This document shows positions 10,126-17,796 of a stretch of 32,000 nucleotides of DNA, piece after piece; the first letter of the stretch is position 1; every line of letters starts with the position of its first letter. Both the position numbers and the translations under genes were made by a program. The stretch spans positions 510,001-542,000 of the forward strand of contig NZ_AP014945.1 in NCBI RefSeq assembly GCF_001548275.1. Reading direction: 5' to 3'. The notes beneath the pieces are model-generated. The model was not told the origin of the DNA. It saw only the letters and a list, made by a program, of their open reading frames with translations, and did no database searches. Origin of the DNA: Caldimicrobium thiodismutans. GTDB taxonomy: Bacteria > Desulfobacterota > Thermodesulfobacteria > Thermodesulfobacteriales > Thermodesulfobacteriaceae.

Positions 10126-10874
10126 AGGGATAACTTCATTCCATCATAAGCAGAAAGAACTTTAAGATTTAGTTCAGAACTTAATTCACGGGCAACTCGG
10201 AAGGGATTTGCCTTAAGCATGGTCATTCCAAAGTGAGTAAGAACAGTAATCTCAGGTTGAAGTTCCATTAAAAGTAGCTTAACATCAGGAATGGATAGAT
10301 GTAAAACCCCTTCCTTGGGCTGATAGCGAACCGTATTTATAATAAGATAAGAAACTCCTTTGAACTCCTCTAAAAGTCCATCAAAATAAGCGGTATCTGT
10401 AATTAACCCAAGTTTTTTATTTTTATCCACTTCAAAGATAAAACCAAAAGTTTCTGCAGAATGTAATAACTTTCTCGTGGTATGGAAAACAAAAGATTCT
10501 GCATGATAGGTATTTTTTTCTGAGAGGATTACAAGCTCTTTCAAAGCCTCCTTTAAATAGGGTAAAAGTAATCCTTCCAGCAAAATCTCCTCTGGCAAAA
10601 AGACTTTTCCTCTTTTTTTAAAACCACCCTCTGTTATTGCATCTACAAGGATATTTAGATCCGCAGAGTGATCAAGATGTTTATGTGAAACAAGGAGAGA
10701 TTTAATCTTTTCAGGATAAAGTTTATATTTAGCAAGATATACAAGGGTTCCAGGGCCAGGATCAATCAACAAATAGTCTCTGTCATTTCTAAATAAAAGT
10801 CCGGCCGAAGCCCTTAACTGTTTAGCTACCACATATCTTGCCCCAGCTGTTCCAAGAAAAAGGATTTCAAACAT
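10122..10874 (-). CDS. MBL-fold metallo-hydrolase
   Basis: 250 aa with the HKHLDHSAD (HxHxDH) motif. It has a 4-nt overlap with ruvC. Confidence 0.8.
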   Translation of the reverse strand: MFEILFLGTAGARYVVAKQLRASAGLLFRNDRDYLLIDPGPGTLVYLAKYKLYPEKIKSLLVSHKHLDHSADLNILVDAITEGGFKKRGKVFLPEEILLEGLLLPYLKEALKELVILSEKNTYHAESFVFHTTRKLLHSAETFGFIFEVDKNKKLGLITDTAYFDGLLEEFKGVSYLIINTVRYQPKEGVLHLSIPDVKLLLMELQPEITVLTHFGMTMLKANPFRVARELSSELNLKVLSAYDGMKLSL

Positions 10875-10881
10875 TAAACTG

Positions 10882-10910
10882 ATTATAAATTATTCTTTGC
10901 GAATGAAAAG
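10882..10910 (-). promoter_or_regulatory. Putative promoter of the MBL-ruvC-ruvA-Rieske-cytb string (-10 TATAAT at comp 10882-10887)
   Basis: The minus strand reads ...TATAATcagtttaATG. The -10 ends 7 nt before the ATG, with no SD. The -35 is weak (TTTTCA-like). Confidence 0.3.
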
Positions 10911-10936
10911 ATAAAGAAAGGGGGCAGAAAGCCCCC
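10902..10936 (-). terminator. Rho-independent terminator after the octaheme cytochrome gene
   Basis: The minus strand reads GGGGGCtttctGCCCCC followed by TTTCTTTATCTTTT. It begins 15 nt after the stop codon. Confidence 0.75.
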
Positions 10937-10950
10937 TAAGTAGGAACAAA

Positions 10951-12384
10951 CTATTTTTTACCTTTTACTATTCCTTTGGTAAATCTTCCACCCACTAAAG
11001 CAGGATCTTCAGGATAGCCAAGGGCCTTCCAATCGAGTCTCTTTTTAAAGTGACAATCATTGCAGGTCAAGGCATTTTCCTTGGGAGCAACTTCGTGCTT
11101 AGCTGCTATATAATAAGCAGTTTTAATGAAATCAAATTTTCCGCTATAAGGTAACCCGGATTCCTTTGAACCAAGCTGTAAGGCCTTTTCCCAGTTATAA
11201 TCACTCCACAGAGATTGCCAAACTCTGAAGACTAAGAGGTGTTTATATTGGATATCATAGGGCTGTTTACCGGTGTGCACCTTAAAAGGATAAATTTTGG
11301 CCTTAGGATCTTTTATTGAACCGAGAGGTTTATTTAATATAACACTTTTAGCAGGATCTACCTTGTCTCCCATCATATATCTTTCAAATTTACCATTATA
11401 CCACATATAAGTTGGAATAACATTTTCTCCCCATTTGAAGAGACCTTTATGCTTAGCAAAAACCTCACGACCAAATTCTTTTTTCTCTTCTAAATCTTTC
11501 ATATCTTTACCTACATAGCTCCAATCCCAATCAAGCTTTGTAGCAATTCCACCTCTGGCTATAGCAGGTATATGACAGGTTTCACAGGCCACTGATTTTA
11601 AATGTTTCTTTATCATTTGTCCTGAAGGAGAATTGTCATGCACGGACTCATCATGGCAATCACTACAAGATACTCTTTCTGTAAAAGTAGCCAACATACT
11701 TGAAGCGCCAGCAATTTTGTGATTCTTCGCTTTATGGCAATCCTGACAGGTCATATCAGCGCCACCCATATGAACATCAATTTCGCGAGGAATTTTTCCT
11801 CCCATTTTACTATAAAGACCTCCATGCTTTACATTATCACCGCCACCACCTGCAAAATGACACCATCCACAGTTAAATCTCTGGGGTTTACCAATTTGTG
11901 TAGCTGCCTTAGTCAGAGCAGCTGGATCAACCTTTCCACCTGGCTTTTTATTTTTGAAATATTCTTTATCTTGTGTATGACAGACTAAGCAATCAATATC
12001 ATTAGGATTACACTCTAAACATTTTGCATATTCTGATACATACCCTGCATGACATCTACCACAAAAAGCAAAATTTCCTCCCATAGGATTCACACAAAAA
12101 TTATTAAACATATTAATTTTTCCCCATTCTTTCTTTGCATTGGCTGGATTTTGGAATTTTCCTATGAGATTTGGATTTCCCTTCCATTTCCAGTGTGATG
12201 TCTGCATAAAGTCTTTGGCCTGTTTTTCGTGACACTGAAGACAAAGCTTGGTAACCTCTTGCCCGCTTGTAAAGTTGCCCTTTACAACCTGCGAGTGATC
12301 AAAAGAAGCCTCAGCTTTCGTATAGCTTGAAAAAGAAATAAGGGAAAAAGCAAAAAGACTAATCAAAACTCCCTTTTTTCTCAT
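10951..12384 (-). CDS. Secreted octaheme c-type cytochrome, probably tetrathionate-reductase (OTR) family
   Basis: 477 aa with a signal peptide. It has eight CxxCH motifs (CLQCH, CGRCH, CLVCH, CGWCH, CQDCH, CSDCH, CETCH, CNDCH) and a strong SD (GGAGGGGG). The OTR family call rests on size and heme count only. Confidence 0.8.
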   Translation of the reverse strand: MRKKGVLISLFAFSLISFSSYTKAEASFDHSQVVKGNFTSGQEVTKLCLQCHEKQAKDFMQTSHWKWKGNPNLIGKFQNPANAKKEWGKINMFNNFCVNPMGGNFAFCGRCHAGYVSEYAKCLECNPNDIDCLVCHTQDKEYFKNKKPGGKVDPAALTKAATQIGKPQRFNCGWCHFAGGGGDNVKHGGLYSKMGGKIPREIDVHMGGADMTCQDCHKAKNHKIAGASSMLATFTERVSCSDCHDESVHDNSPSGQMIKKHLKSVACETCHIPAIARGGIATKLDWDWSYVGKDMKDLEEKKEFGREVFAKHKGLFKWGENVIPTYMWYNGKFERYMMGDKVDPAKSVILNKPLGSIKDPKAKIYPFKVHTGKQPYDIQYKHLLVFRVWQSLWSDYNWEKALQLGSKESGLPYSGKFDFIKTAYYIAAKHEVAPKENALTCNDCHFKKRLDWKALGYPEDPALVGGRFTKGIVKGKK

Positions 12385-12727
12385 AATTTAACCCCCTCCT
12401 GCAATTTTTTATAAAAATGATATTGATTTGTTTTTTTTAAGTCAAATTTTAAAAATTTTAACTTATACCAGAAAAAGAAAATATTAAAAATTTTTGCTTT
12501 AAAATTTTTTCATAATCTTAAATTTCCGTTTAAAATCTTAATAAAGTCTTTATAAGTTTTTTTATCTAAGTTCCCCACCTTCCAAGAAACAGGAAGAGTA
12601 ATAAAAAGAAACTGAAAAATTAAAAGGTTTGCCTGAGCCTGTCTATAGCAGACAGAGGTTCAAGTTTTTAAATTTCCTACAATTCATTAAAAAAGATTGC
12701 ATAGCGGGAGTTGAAAAAGGCAGTTTA

Positions 12728-12754
12728 AGTCTCAAAAGATATGGACGCATACAC
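12728..12754 (+). promoter_or_regulatory. Conserved 27-bp box, copy d (AGTCTCAAAAGATATGGACGCATACAC)
   Basis: Followed after 4 nt by TTGACA (12759-12764). It lies 64 nt before the TetR ATG. Confidence 0.6.
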
Positions 12755-12780
12755 GGTATTGACAAATTTTTAGAAATATG

Positions 12781-12811
12781 TTACTTACTTTTGTAAGTAA
12801 GTGCTTACTTA
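12781..12811 (+). promoter_or_regulatory. Probable TetR operator: three alternating 8-bp half-sites
   Basis: TTACTTAC-tttt-GTAAGTAA overlaps TAAGTAAG-tg-CTTACTTA, giving two perfect overlapping palindromes between the TTGACA hexamer and the TetR start codon. Confidence 0.6.
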
Positions 12812-12818
12812 ATTATTT

Positions 12819-13427
12819 ATGGTAATGGATACTAAAGAGCGGATTTTGGAGGCAGCCTTACTTCTCTTTTCAGAGAAGGGCTATCTTGGGGCAACTACAA
12901 AAGAAATATCAAGAACTGCTAAAATCTCTGAGGTCACTCTTTTCCGCCATTTTCAAACTAAGGAAAATCTTTTTATAAATGTTATTGAACATTATTCCTT
13001 TCTTCCAAAATTGAAAGAACTTTTACCAGAGCTTAAAGATTATCCTCTTGAAGACTCGTTAAAGACCCTTGCCAGAACCTTTCTTGAGAGCCTAAGGATA
13101 AAAAAAGCCCTAATTCGCATTATGCTCTCGGAATTTCCCAGATATCCCGAAATTATTAAAAAATCTTATCAAAAAACTATAGAAAATATTCATAATGAAC
13201 TCTCTCAATATTTTCAAAAAATACAAAAAAAGGGTCTTATTAAAGAGACTCTTTCTTCCTATCTTCTATCTCAGGCCTTTTTGGGACTTTTTTTCTCCTA
13301 TTTTCATGCCAAGGAAATCAAAGGGCTTAATTTTAGAGAAAGTCTTGCTGATGATGAAATCATAGAACATTATGTAGAAATTTTTCTAAAGGGTATAAAA
13401 AAAGAATCCCCTTTAAAAGAGACCTGA
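12819..13427 (+). CDS. TetR/AcrR-family transcriptional regulator
   Basis: 202 aa. The N-terminal HTH, ERILEAALLLFSEKGYLGATTKEISRTAKISEVTLFRHF, is typical of TetR_N. Confidence 0.9.
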   Translation: MVMDTKERILEAALLLFSEKGYLGATTKEISRTAKISEVTLFRHFQTKENLFINVIEHYSFLPKLKELLPELKDYPLEDSLKTLARTFLESLRIKKALIRIMLSEFPRYPEIIKKSYQKTIENIHNELSQYFQKIQKKGLIKETLSSYLLSQAFLGLFFSYFHAKEIKGLNFRESLADDEIIEHYVEIFLKGIKKESPLKET

Positions 13428-13566
13428 TATACTTTATGAAAAAGACCCAGATTGAACTTAAAGTGGCACATAAAAGAGAAGCTCTTTATCAATATGTAAA
13501 AACCGTTAAAAATGCATTTTTGAGATAAGAGCTGCCCTGACAGAACTTGAAAGCATTGAGATGAAA

Positions 13567-13597
13567 CTTAAAGAAAAAGAAAGGGTGGAAAAAGGGG
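13567..13597 (+). repeat. M1 module copy of the mosaic intergenic repeat (M2 module absent from this copy)
   Basis: CTTAAAGAAAAAGAAAGGGTGGAAAAAGGGG resembles 1553-1583 and 17694-17724. Confidence 0.5.
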
Positions 13598-13634
13598 AGA
13601 GGTGAAAGGAAAAGTATTAGAAAAAAATCTCTTT

Positions 13635-13661
13635 AGTCTCAAAAGATATAGACGCCTACAA
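13635..13661 (+). promoter_or_regulatory. Conserved 27-bp box, copy e (AGTCTCAAAAGATATAGACGCCTACAA)
   Basis: Followed after 4 nt by TTTTAA/CTTTTA, then TATAAT at 13688-13693. It lies 41 nt before the ftsE ATG. Confidence 0.55.
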
Positions 13662-13702
13662 GGGCTTTTAAATCTATACATATCATTTATAATAAAAACT
13701 TA

Positions 13703-14380
13703 ATGAGTCTTATCAAGCTTGAAGACCTTACTAAGATCTATCCCCCTTATTATAAAGCCCTTCATAAGATTTCCTTAGAAATACAGAAAAATGCTTTTTT
13801 ACTAATTACTGGCCCAACAGGAGCTGGAAAAACCACCTTATTAAAGCTTATCTATGCTCAGGAAAAACCAACTGAAGGTGAACTTTACTGGGAAGGAGTT
13901 CCTTACTCCGAACTCAGGTATAAAGATATAATAGGCATTAGAAAAAATATTGGTATTGTCTTTCAAGATCACAAGCTCTTTTCAGAACTTTCTCTCTATG
14001 AAAACTTAGAGATAGCTTTAGCCCTTGCCAGAAAAAAAGTGAAAAAGATTAAATTTTTCATTTATGAGTGGCTTGAAAGATTTAATTTAGCCCACAAAGC
14101 CAAAAAAAAGGTTAAGGAACTCTCAGGAGGAGAACAGCAAAAACTGGGAATTCTTAGAGCTATTATTAAAGACCCTTCTATTTTGATCCTGGATGAACCA
14201 ACAGGAAATCTTGATCCCTTTAGTATTGGAGAGGTCATTGATCTTCTCATAGCTTTGCATAAAGAAGGGAAAACCATTTTACTTTCCACCCATGACCCTA
14301 CTATAATTGCCAAAAGACCAGGTCAGATAATTATGCTAAATCGTGGAGAACTTGTTAAAGATGTGGACATCTATTGGTAA
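13703..14380 (+). CDS. ftsE: Cell-division ABC ATPase FtsE
   Basis: 225 aa. Walker A GPTGAGKTT, signature LSGGEQQ, and Walker B ILILDEPTGNLD. It is followed by an FtsX-like permease. Confidence 0.88.
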   Translation: MSLIKLEDLTKIYPPYYKALHKISLEIQKNAFLLITGPTGAGKTTLLKLIYAQEKPTEGELYWEGVPYSELRYKDIIGIRKNIGIVFQDHKLFSELSLYENLEIALALARKKVKKIKFFIYEWLERFNLAHKAKKKVKELSGGEQQKLGILRAIIKDPSILILDEPTGNLDPFSIGEVIDLLIALHKEGKTILLSTHDPTIIAKRPGQIIMLNRGELVKDVDIYW

Positions 14381-15215
14381 ACTTGAAATTAAGAAAGGGC
14401 TTTTTTATTATTTACTTTTGTATCTGTTTTTCTTTTTTTGGTCAACATTTACGCTTTTTGCCCTATTTTTTTACACTAATATTAATCATATTTCAGACAA
14501 TTTTAATAAAAAAAGAGGCTTTTCAATACTATTTTATCCACAGGGAAATTTAAAAACTTTTGAAGATATAAAAGGAATTTTAACTAATTTGAACTATATA
14601 AAGAAATACCAAGTTATTCCACCGAGAGAGCTTTTAGCAAGCCTTGAAATTAACCTTCCTAAGGAACTTTTGGATGAAAAAGATCTCTATAATTTTCTTC
14701 CTTACTTAATACGAATAGATCTTATTTCACCGGATAAATCTTCTCAATTAAAAATGGATCTTCAAATGTATGAAAAAATGTTTAATATAACATTTGAATT
14801 TATATCTGAACCTCATTTAAAAAGTTTATACTTTTGGCAATATTCTAATATTGTAATATTAGCCTTCATTTTTCTTTGGAATTTATTTTATTTATTATTT
14901 TTTTATTTTCTAATTAAAACTCTTAATAGTCATTTAAAGGAACATAATGAAATTTTTCAATTTTTAGGTGGAAGTATTTTCAATCTTTTGGTTATTCGTT
15001 TTGCTATTTTAGTTTTTCCCTTAATTCTTTTACTTATTTTATCTTTTCTTTTTTATTTTTATATTTTATCTAAATTAATCTACTACTTTCCTGTCCTTAA
15101 AATCTTTCCAAACCTTAATAATATTTTTGAACTATCTTTTTTTGCTATATATCTTTTCTTTTTAATTTTTATTTATCCTATTTACCTTTTAATTCTATCT
15201 TTAAGAAAAATATGA
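14343..15215 (+). CDS. ftsX: FtsX-like cell-division permease
   Basis: 290 aa with TM1, an extracytoplasmic domain of about 110 aa, then three C-terminal TMs. The track start is GTG 14343, and the ATG at 14361 is an equally plausible start. Confidence 0.75.
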   Translation: MENLLKMWTSIGKLEIKKGLFYYLLLYLFFFFWSTFTLFALFFYTNINHISDNFNKKRGFSILFYPQGNLKTFEDIKGILTNLNYIKKYQVIPPRELLASLEINLPKELLDEKDLYNFLPYLIRIDLISPDKSSQLKMDLQMYEKMFNITFEFISEPHLKSLYFWQYSNIVILAFIFLWNLFYLLFFYFLIKTLNSHLKEHNEIFQFLGGSIFNLLVIRFAILVFPLILLLILSFLFYFYILSKLIYYFPVLKIFPNLNNIFELSFFAIYLFFLIFIYPIYLLILSLRKI

Positions 15216-15976
15216 AATTTCCTTTTTTTATTTTACTAATCTTTTTGCCCTGCTATCTTTTTGCCCAAACTAATATTGAAAATCAAATAAAAATCTTAGA
15301 AATTAAGCTTTACAATATAAATCAGGAATTAAAAATAAAGGAAGTAAAATTAAAAAAAATAAAACAAACTTATCTTTTAACTTTAATTAAAGCTAATATT
15401 ATAAAAGAAAATCTGATCTTTCTTGATGAAGAAAGTAAATATTATAAAAATATGGAAAATTATGAACTTCTTATAAAAATTCATGAAAATATTATAAAAA
15501 GATTAAAAGACGAAATTAAAATGTTTCAAGAGCAAAAAAAACAGTATAAAGTTGAATTAGAAGAAAACAAAAAAGTTAAAGAAACTTATTATAGGGAACA
15601 AATTAAAGTAGCTTTAAATTCAGAAAAAAAATCAATCAAAGAACACCATATTAAACCAGATACTGAAGATATTAGAAAAACCTCATTTCTTTTTGATCCA
15701 ATTACAGAAAAAAGTATATCTACAGGCAAATTTAAAAGGCATGTTCAACCCGGAACCCCTATTAAAGCTCCAATCTCCGGGATAGTAAAAAAAATAAGCT
15801 TTCTTAACAATTCCCTAACTTTAACTCTTGAAAACAAGCAGTGTTTTGCTTTTATATCGGGTTTCAGTATAATTAAGGTAAATCTTGGTGAAGAAGTGCG
15901 AGCCAAACAAGTTCTTGGAGAGGCCTCCTACTCTGAGGAGGCAGAAAATCTCTACTTTGAAATCTTTTGCAAGTAG
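15212..15976 (+). CDS. EnvC-like coiled-coil / degenerate LytM (M23) domain protein
   Basis: 254 aa with a signal peptide and a long K/E coiled coil. The C-terminal LytM-like domain (PIKAPISGIVKKI...LYFEI) contains no His residues, so no HxxxD or HxH motif. Confidence 0.65.
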   Translation: MKFPFFILLIFLPCYLFAQTNIENQIKILEIKLYNINQELKIKEVKLKKIKQTYLLTLIKANIIKENLIFLDEESKYYKNMENYELLIKIHENIIKRLKDEIKMFQEQKKQYKVELEENKKVKETYYREQIKVALNSEKKSIKEHHIKPDTEDIRKTSFLFDPITEKSISTGKFKRHVQPGTPIKAPISGIVKKISFLNNSLTLTLENKQCFAFISGFSIIKVNLGEEVRAKQVLGEASYSEEAENLYFEIFCK

Positions 15977-15979
15977 GTG

Positions 15980-16450
15980 CTAATCAAATAAATTTTTAAT
16001 AACCTTCTTTTCAAAATATGAAAAAAGTTTTCCAGGTAGATAGAGAGCGCATCCCAGAATCCAATCCTCATCTCTTATAATTACATATCCAGGTGCAAGA
16101 TCAAGTTCTATATCTATTTTTTGCCTTTCCTGAAGAAGTTTTAATTGTTCTTGATTTAGTTGAATTATATTTTTAGTAGCGTATTTACCAAAGCGTTGTA
16201 AAAAGGTTGAGGTAGGTTTTAAATAATCTGAAACCTTACGAAGAAACAATAATCCAACAACCTCAGGAGTAAGTTTTTTTAAAGAAAGTAAGTGAGTAGT
16301 TTTAGGAAAAAGCCAGAAAGTAGAGGATCCCTTTAAAATCACAAAATCTGCAAAAATCTCCTCATTGAAACCAAATCTTTCCTTTAAAAAAGATATAATC
16401 TCCTTTTTTTCTTCAAGGCTTATCTCATCCGGAAAAGCTTTTTTAGTCAT
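15980..16450 (-). CDS. Hypothetical protein, possibly an RsmF-C-terminal/PUA-like fold
   Basis: 156 aa with an SD (AAGAGGG) upstream. The tail ...APGYVIIRDEDWILGCALYLPGKL... resembles PUA-like domains of RsmF-type methyltransferases. The fold assignment is tentative. Confidence 0.5.
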   Translation of the reverse strand: MTKKAFPDEISLEEKKEIISFLKERFGFNEEIFADFVILKGSSTFWLFPKTTHLLSLKKLTPEVVGLLFLRKVSDYLKPTSTFLQRFGKYATKNIIQLNQEQLKLLQERQKIDIELDLAPGYVIIRDEDWILGCALYLPGKLFSYFEKKVIKNLFD

Positions 16451-16513
16451 ATAGGCCCTCTTATTACTTAAATTACTTTAAAGGTAACCTATTTAGTTAA
16501 TTTTGACAACCCT

Positions 16514-16640
16514 CTGTATGCCTCCATATCCTTAAAGATTTATGAAGATTTTTTCCCATACCTATTCCCCTCTCGAAACAAAGGATAAAAAACTGCCAAA
16601 ATTAACTGGAAAGCACAAAGTCATTTAAAACTTATGCTCT
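16514..16640 (-). repeat. Minus-strand copy of the mosaic repeat (M3 box comp 16514-16540, partial M2 comp 16555-16603, M1-like comp 16610-16640)
   Basis: The reverse complement reads ...GCATAAGTTTTAAATGAC...ATTTTGGCAGTTTTTTATCCTTTGTTTCGAGAGGGGAATAGG...AATCTTTAAGGATATGGAGGCATACAG-aggg-TTGTCA. This is colinear with 1511-1721. Confidence 0.6.
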
Positions 16641-16713
16641 CACCTGTGCATTGATTTTTATTCGGCTAAACCTATATTTTAAAATAAGCTAATATTGAAG
16701 GAGGGGTTTTTGT

Positions 16714-17631
16714 ATGGCAAAAGATTACTATACAGTTCTTGGTGTCCCCCGAAATGCAACTCAAGAGGAGATAAAAAAGGCTTACCGCAAACTGGCTATG
16801 AAATATCACCCTGACAAAAATAAGGGTAACAAAGAGGCGGAGGAAAAGTTTAAGGAAATAAATGAGGCTTATGCGGTGCTTTCTGATCCTGAAAAAAGGA
16901 AAATTTATGACCTTTATGGCTCTTCAGAATTTGAAAGACGCTACACCCAGGAGGATATTTTTAAAGATTTTGATTTTGAAAGCACCTTAAGAGACATCGG
17001 CATAGATCTTTCAAGTTTCTTCAGAAGATCAAAGGGGGGCAAAGGAAAGGTTTTTACCTTTAACCTTGGAGATCTTTTTAACAACTTATTTGGCACCTCC
17101 TTTGGAGAAGAGAGTTATTCTCCCTTTGGTGAAGTATTTGAAACCTATCAGGTGGATTTACCTTTGACCCTGGAAGAAGTCATAAAAGGTGGGGAAAAGG
17201 AGGTTTTTCTACCTGATACCTATGAAACAATAAAGATAAAACTTCCTCAAAATATCAGGGAGGGCAGTATTCTTAAAGTTAAAAAGAAAACAGGAAATAA
17301 AATTAGAGAATATCACTTGAGGGTGCGTCTTCTCACCCCAGAGGGTATAAAAATTGATAACTCCGATCTTTATATTGAAAAAGAAATCCCTGTGACAACC
17401 TTTTTCTTAGGTGGCGAGGTTGAAATTACAACTCCAGAAGGTAAACGCATAAAGGCCAAAGTGCCTGCTATGACTAAACCCGGGGCTAAACTTAGATTAA
17501 AGGGGCTGGGTCTACCAAAAACCGGGGTCTCAAGAGGCGATTTATTTGTAGTATTACAACCCTCTATTCCAAAAAGAATAAACCCTGACCAAAGGGAACT
17601 TCTTGAAAAACTCAGGGCTTTAGGTCTATAA
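16714..17631 (+). CDS. cbpA: CbpA-like J-domain co-chaperone (DnaJ without a zinc finger)
   Basis: 305 aa. J domain DYYTVLGV...KYHPDKN, no CxxCxGxG repeats, and DnaJ C-terminal beta domains. Strong SD (GAAGGAGGGG). Confidence 0.85.
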   Translation: MAKDYYTVLGVPRNATQEEIKKAYRKLAMKYHPDKNKGNKEAEEKFKEINEAYAVLSDPEKRKIYDLYGSSEFERRYTQEDIFKDFDFESTLRDIGIDLSSFFRRSKGGKGKVFTFNLGDLFNNLFGTSFGEESYSPFGEVFETYQVDLPLTLEEVIKGGEKEVFLPDTYETIKIKLPQNIREGSILKVKKKTGNKIREYHLRVRLLTPEGIKIDNSDLYIEKEIPVTTFFLGGEVEITTPEGKRIKAKVPAMTKPGAKLRLKGLGLPKTGVSRGDLFVVLQPSIPKRINPDQRELLEKLRALGL

Positions 17632-17675
17632 ATTTCTAAATGCTTCTTCAGAAATGTGAAATTTTAAAATTCATC

Positions 17676-17724
17676 CTGCATAAGTTCATATCCTTACAAG
17701 AAAAAGGAAGTGGGGTAAAAGGGG
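17676..17724 (+). repeat. Left (M1) half of a mosaic repeat copy split by the IS110 element
   Basis: CTGCATAAGTTCATATCCTTACAAGAAAAAGGAAGTGGGGTAAAAGGGG corresponds to 1536-1583. The matching M2-M3 half resumes at 19349. Confidence 0.6.
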
Positions 17725-17760
17725 AATTAGATAATCTATACAAGGGAGGTTATACAAGTC

Positions 17761-17790
17761 TGAAAGTAACACAGGCAATCTTGCCTGTGG
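17761..17790. repeat. Subterminal 30-bp hairpin module (TGAAAGTAACACAGGCAATCTTGCCTGTGG)
   Basis: Perfect 8-bp stem CACAGGCA/TGCCTGTG at 17770-17789, 7 nt beyond the transposase stop codon. It is paralogous to 19290-19319. Confidence 0.6.
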
Positions 17791-17796
17791 AGTCAA

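Noticed and set aside
12385-12700. A hidden small gene or FNR/CRP-type site in the long AT-rich spacer upstream of the octaheme cytochrome gene
   Set aside because: There is no ORF with an SD, and I found no convincing TTGAT-N4-ATCAA-type palindrome. The hairpin CTGTCTatagcAGACAG at about 12639-12655 is noted, but it is too short to interpret. The phased A/T tracts may simply reflect base composition.
16640-16713. CIRCE (HrcA) heat-shock operator upstream of the cbpA-like J-protein gene
   Set aside because: No TTAGCACTC-N9-GAGTGCTAA-like inverted repeat is present. Only a plausible sigma70-type TTGATT-16-TATATT promoter is visible.
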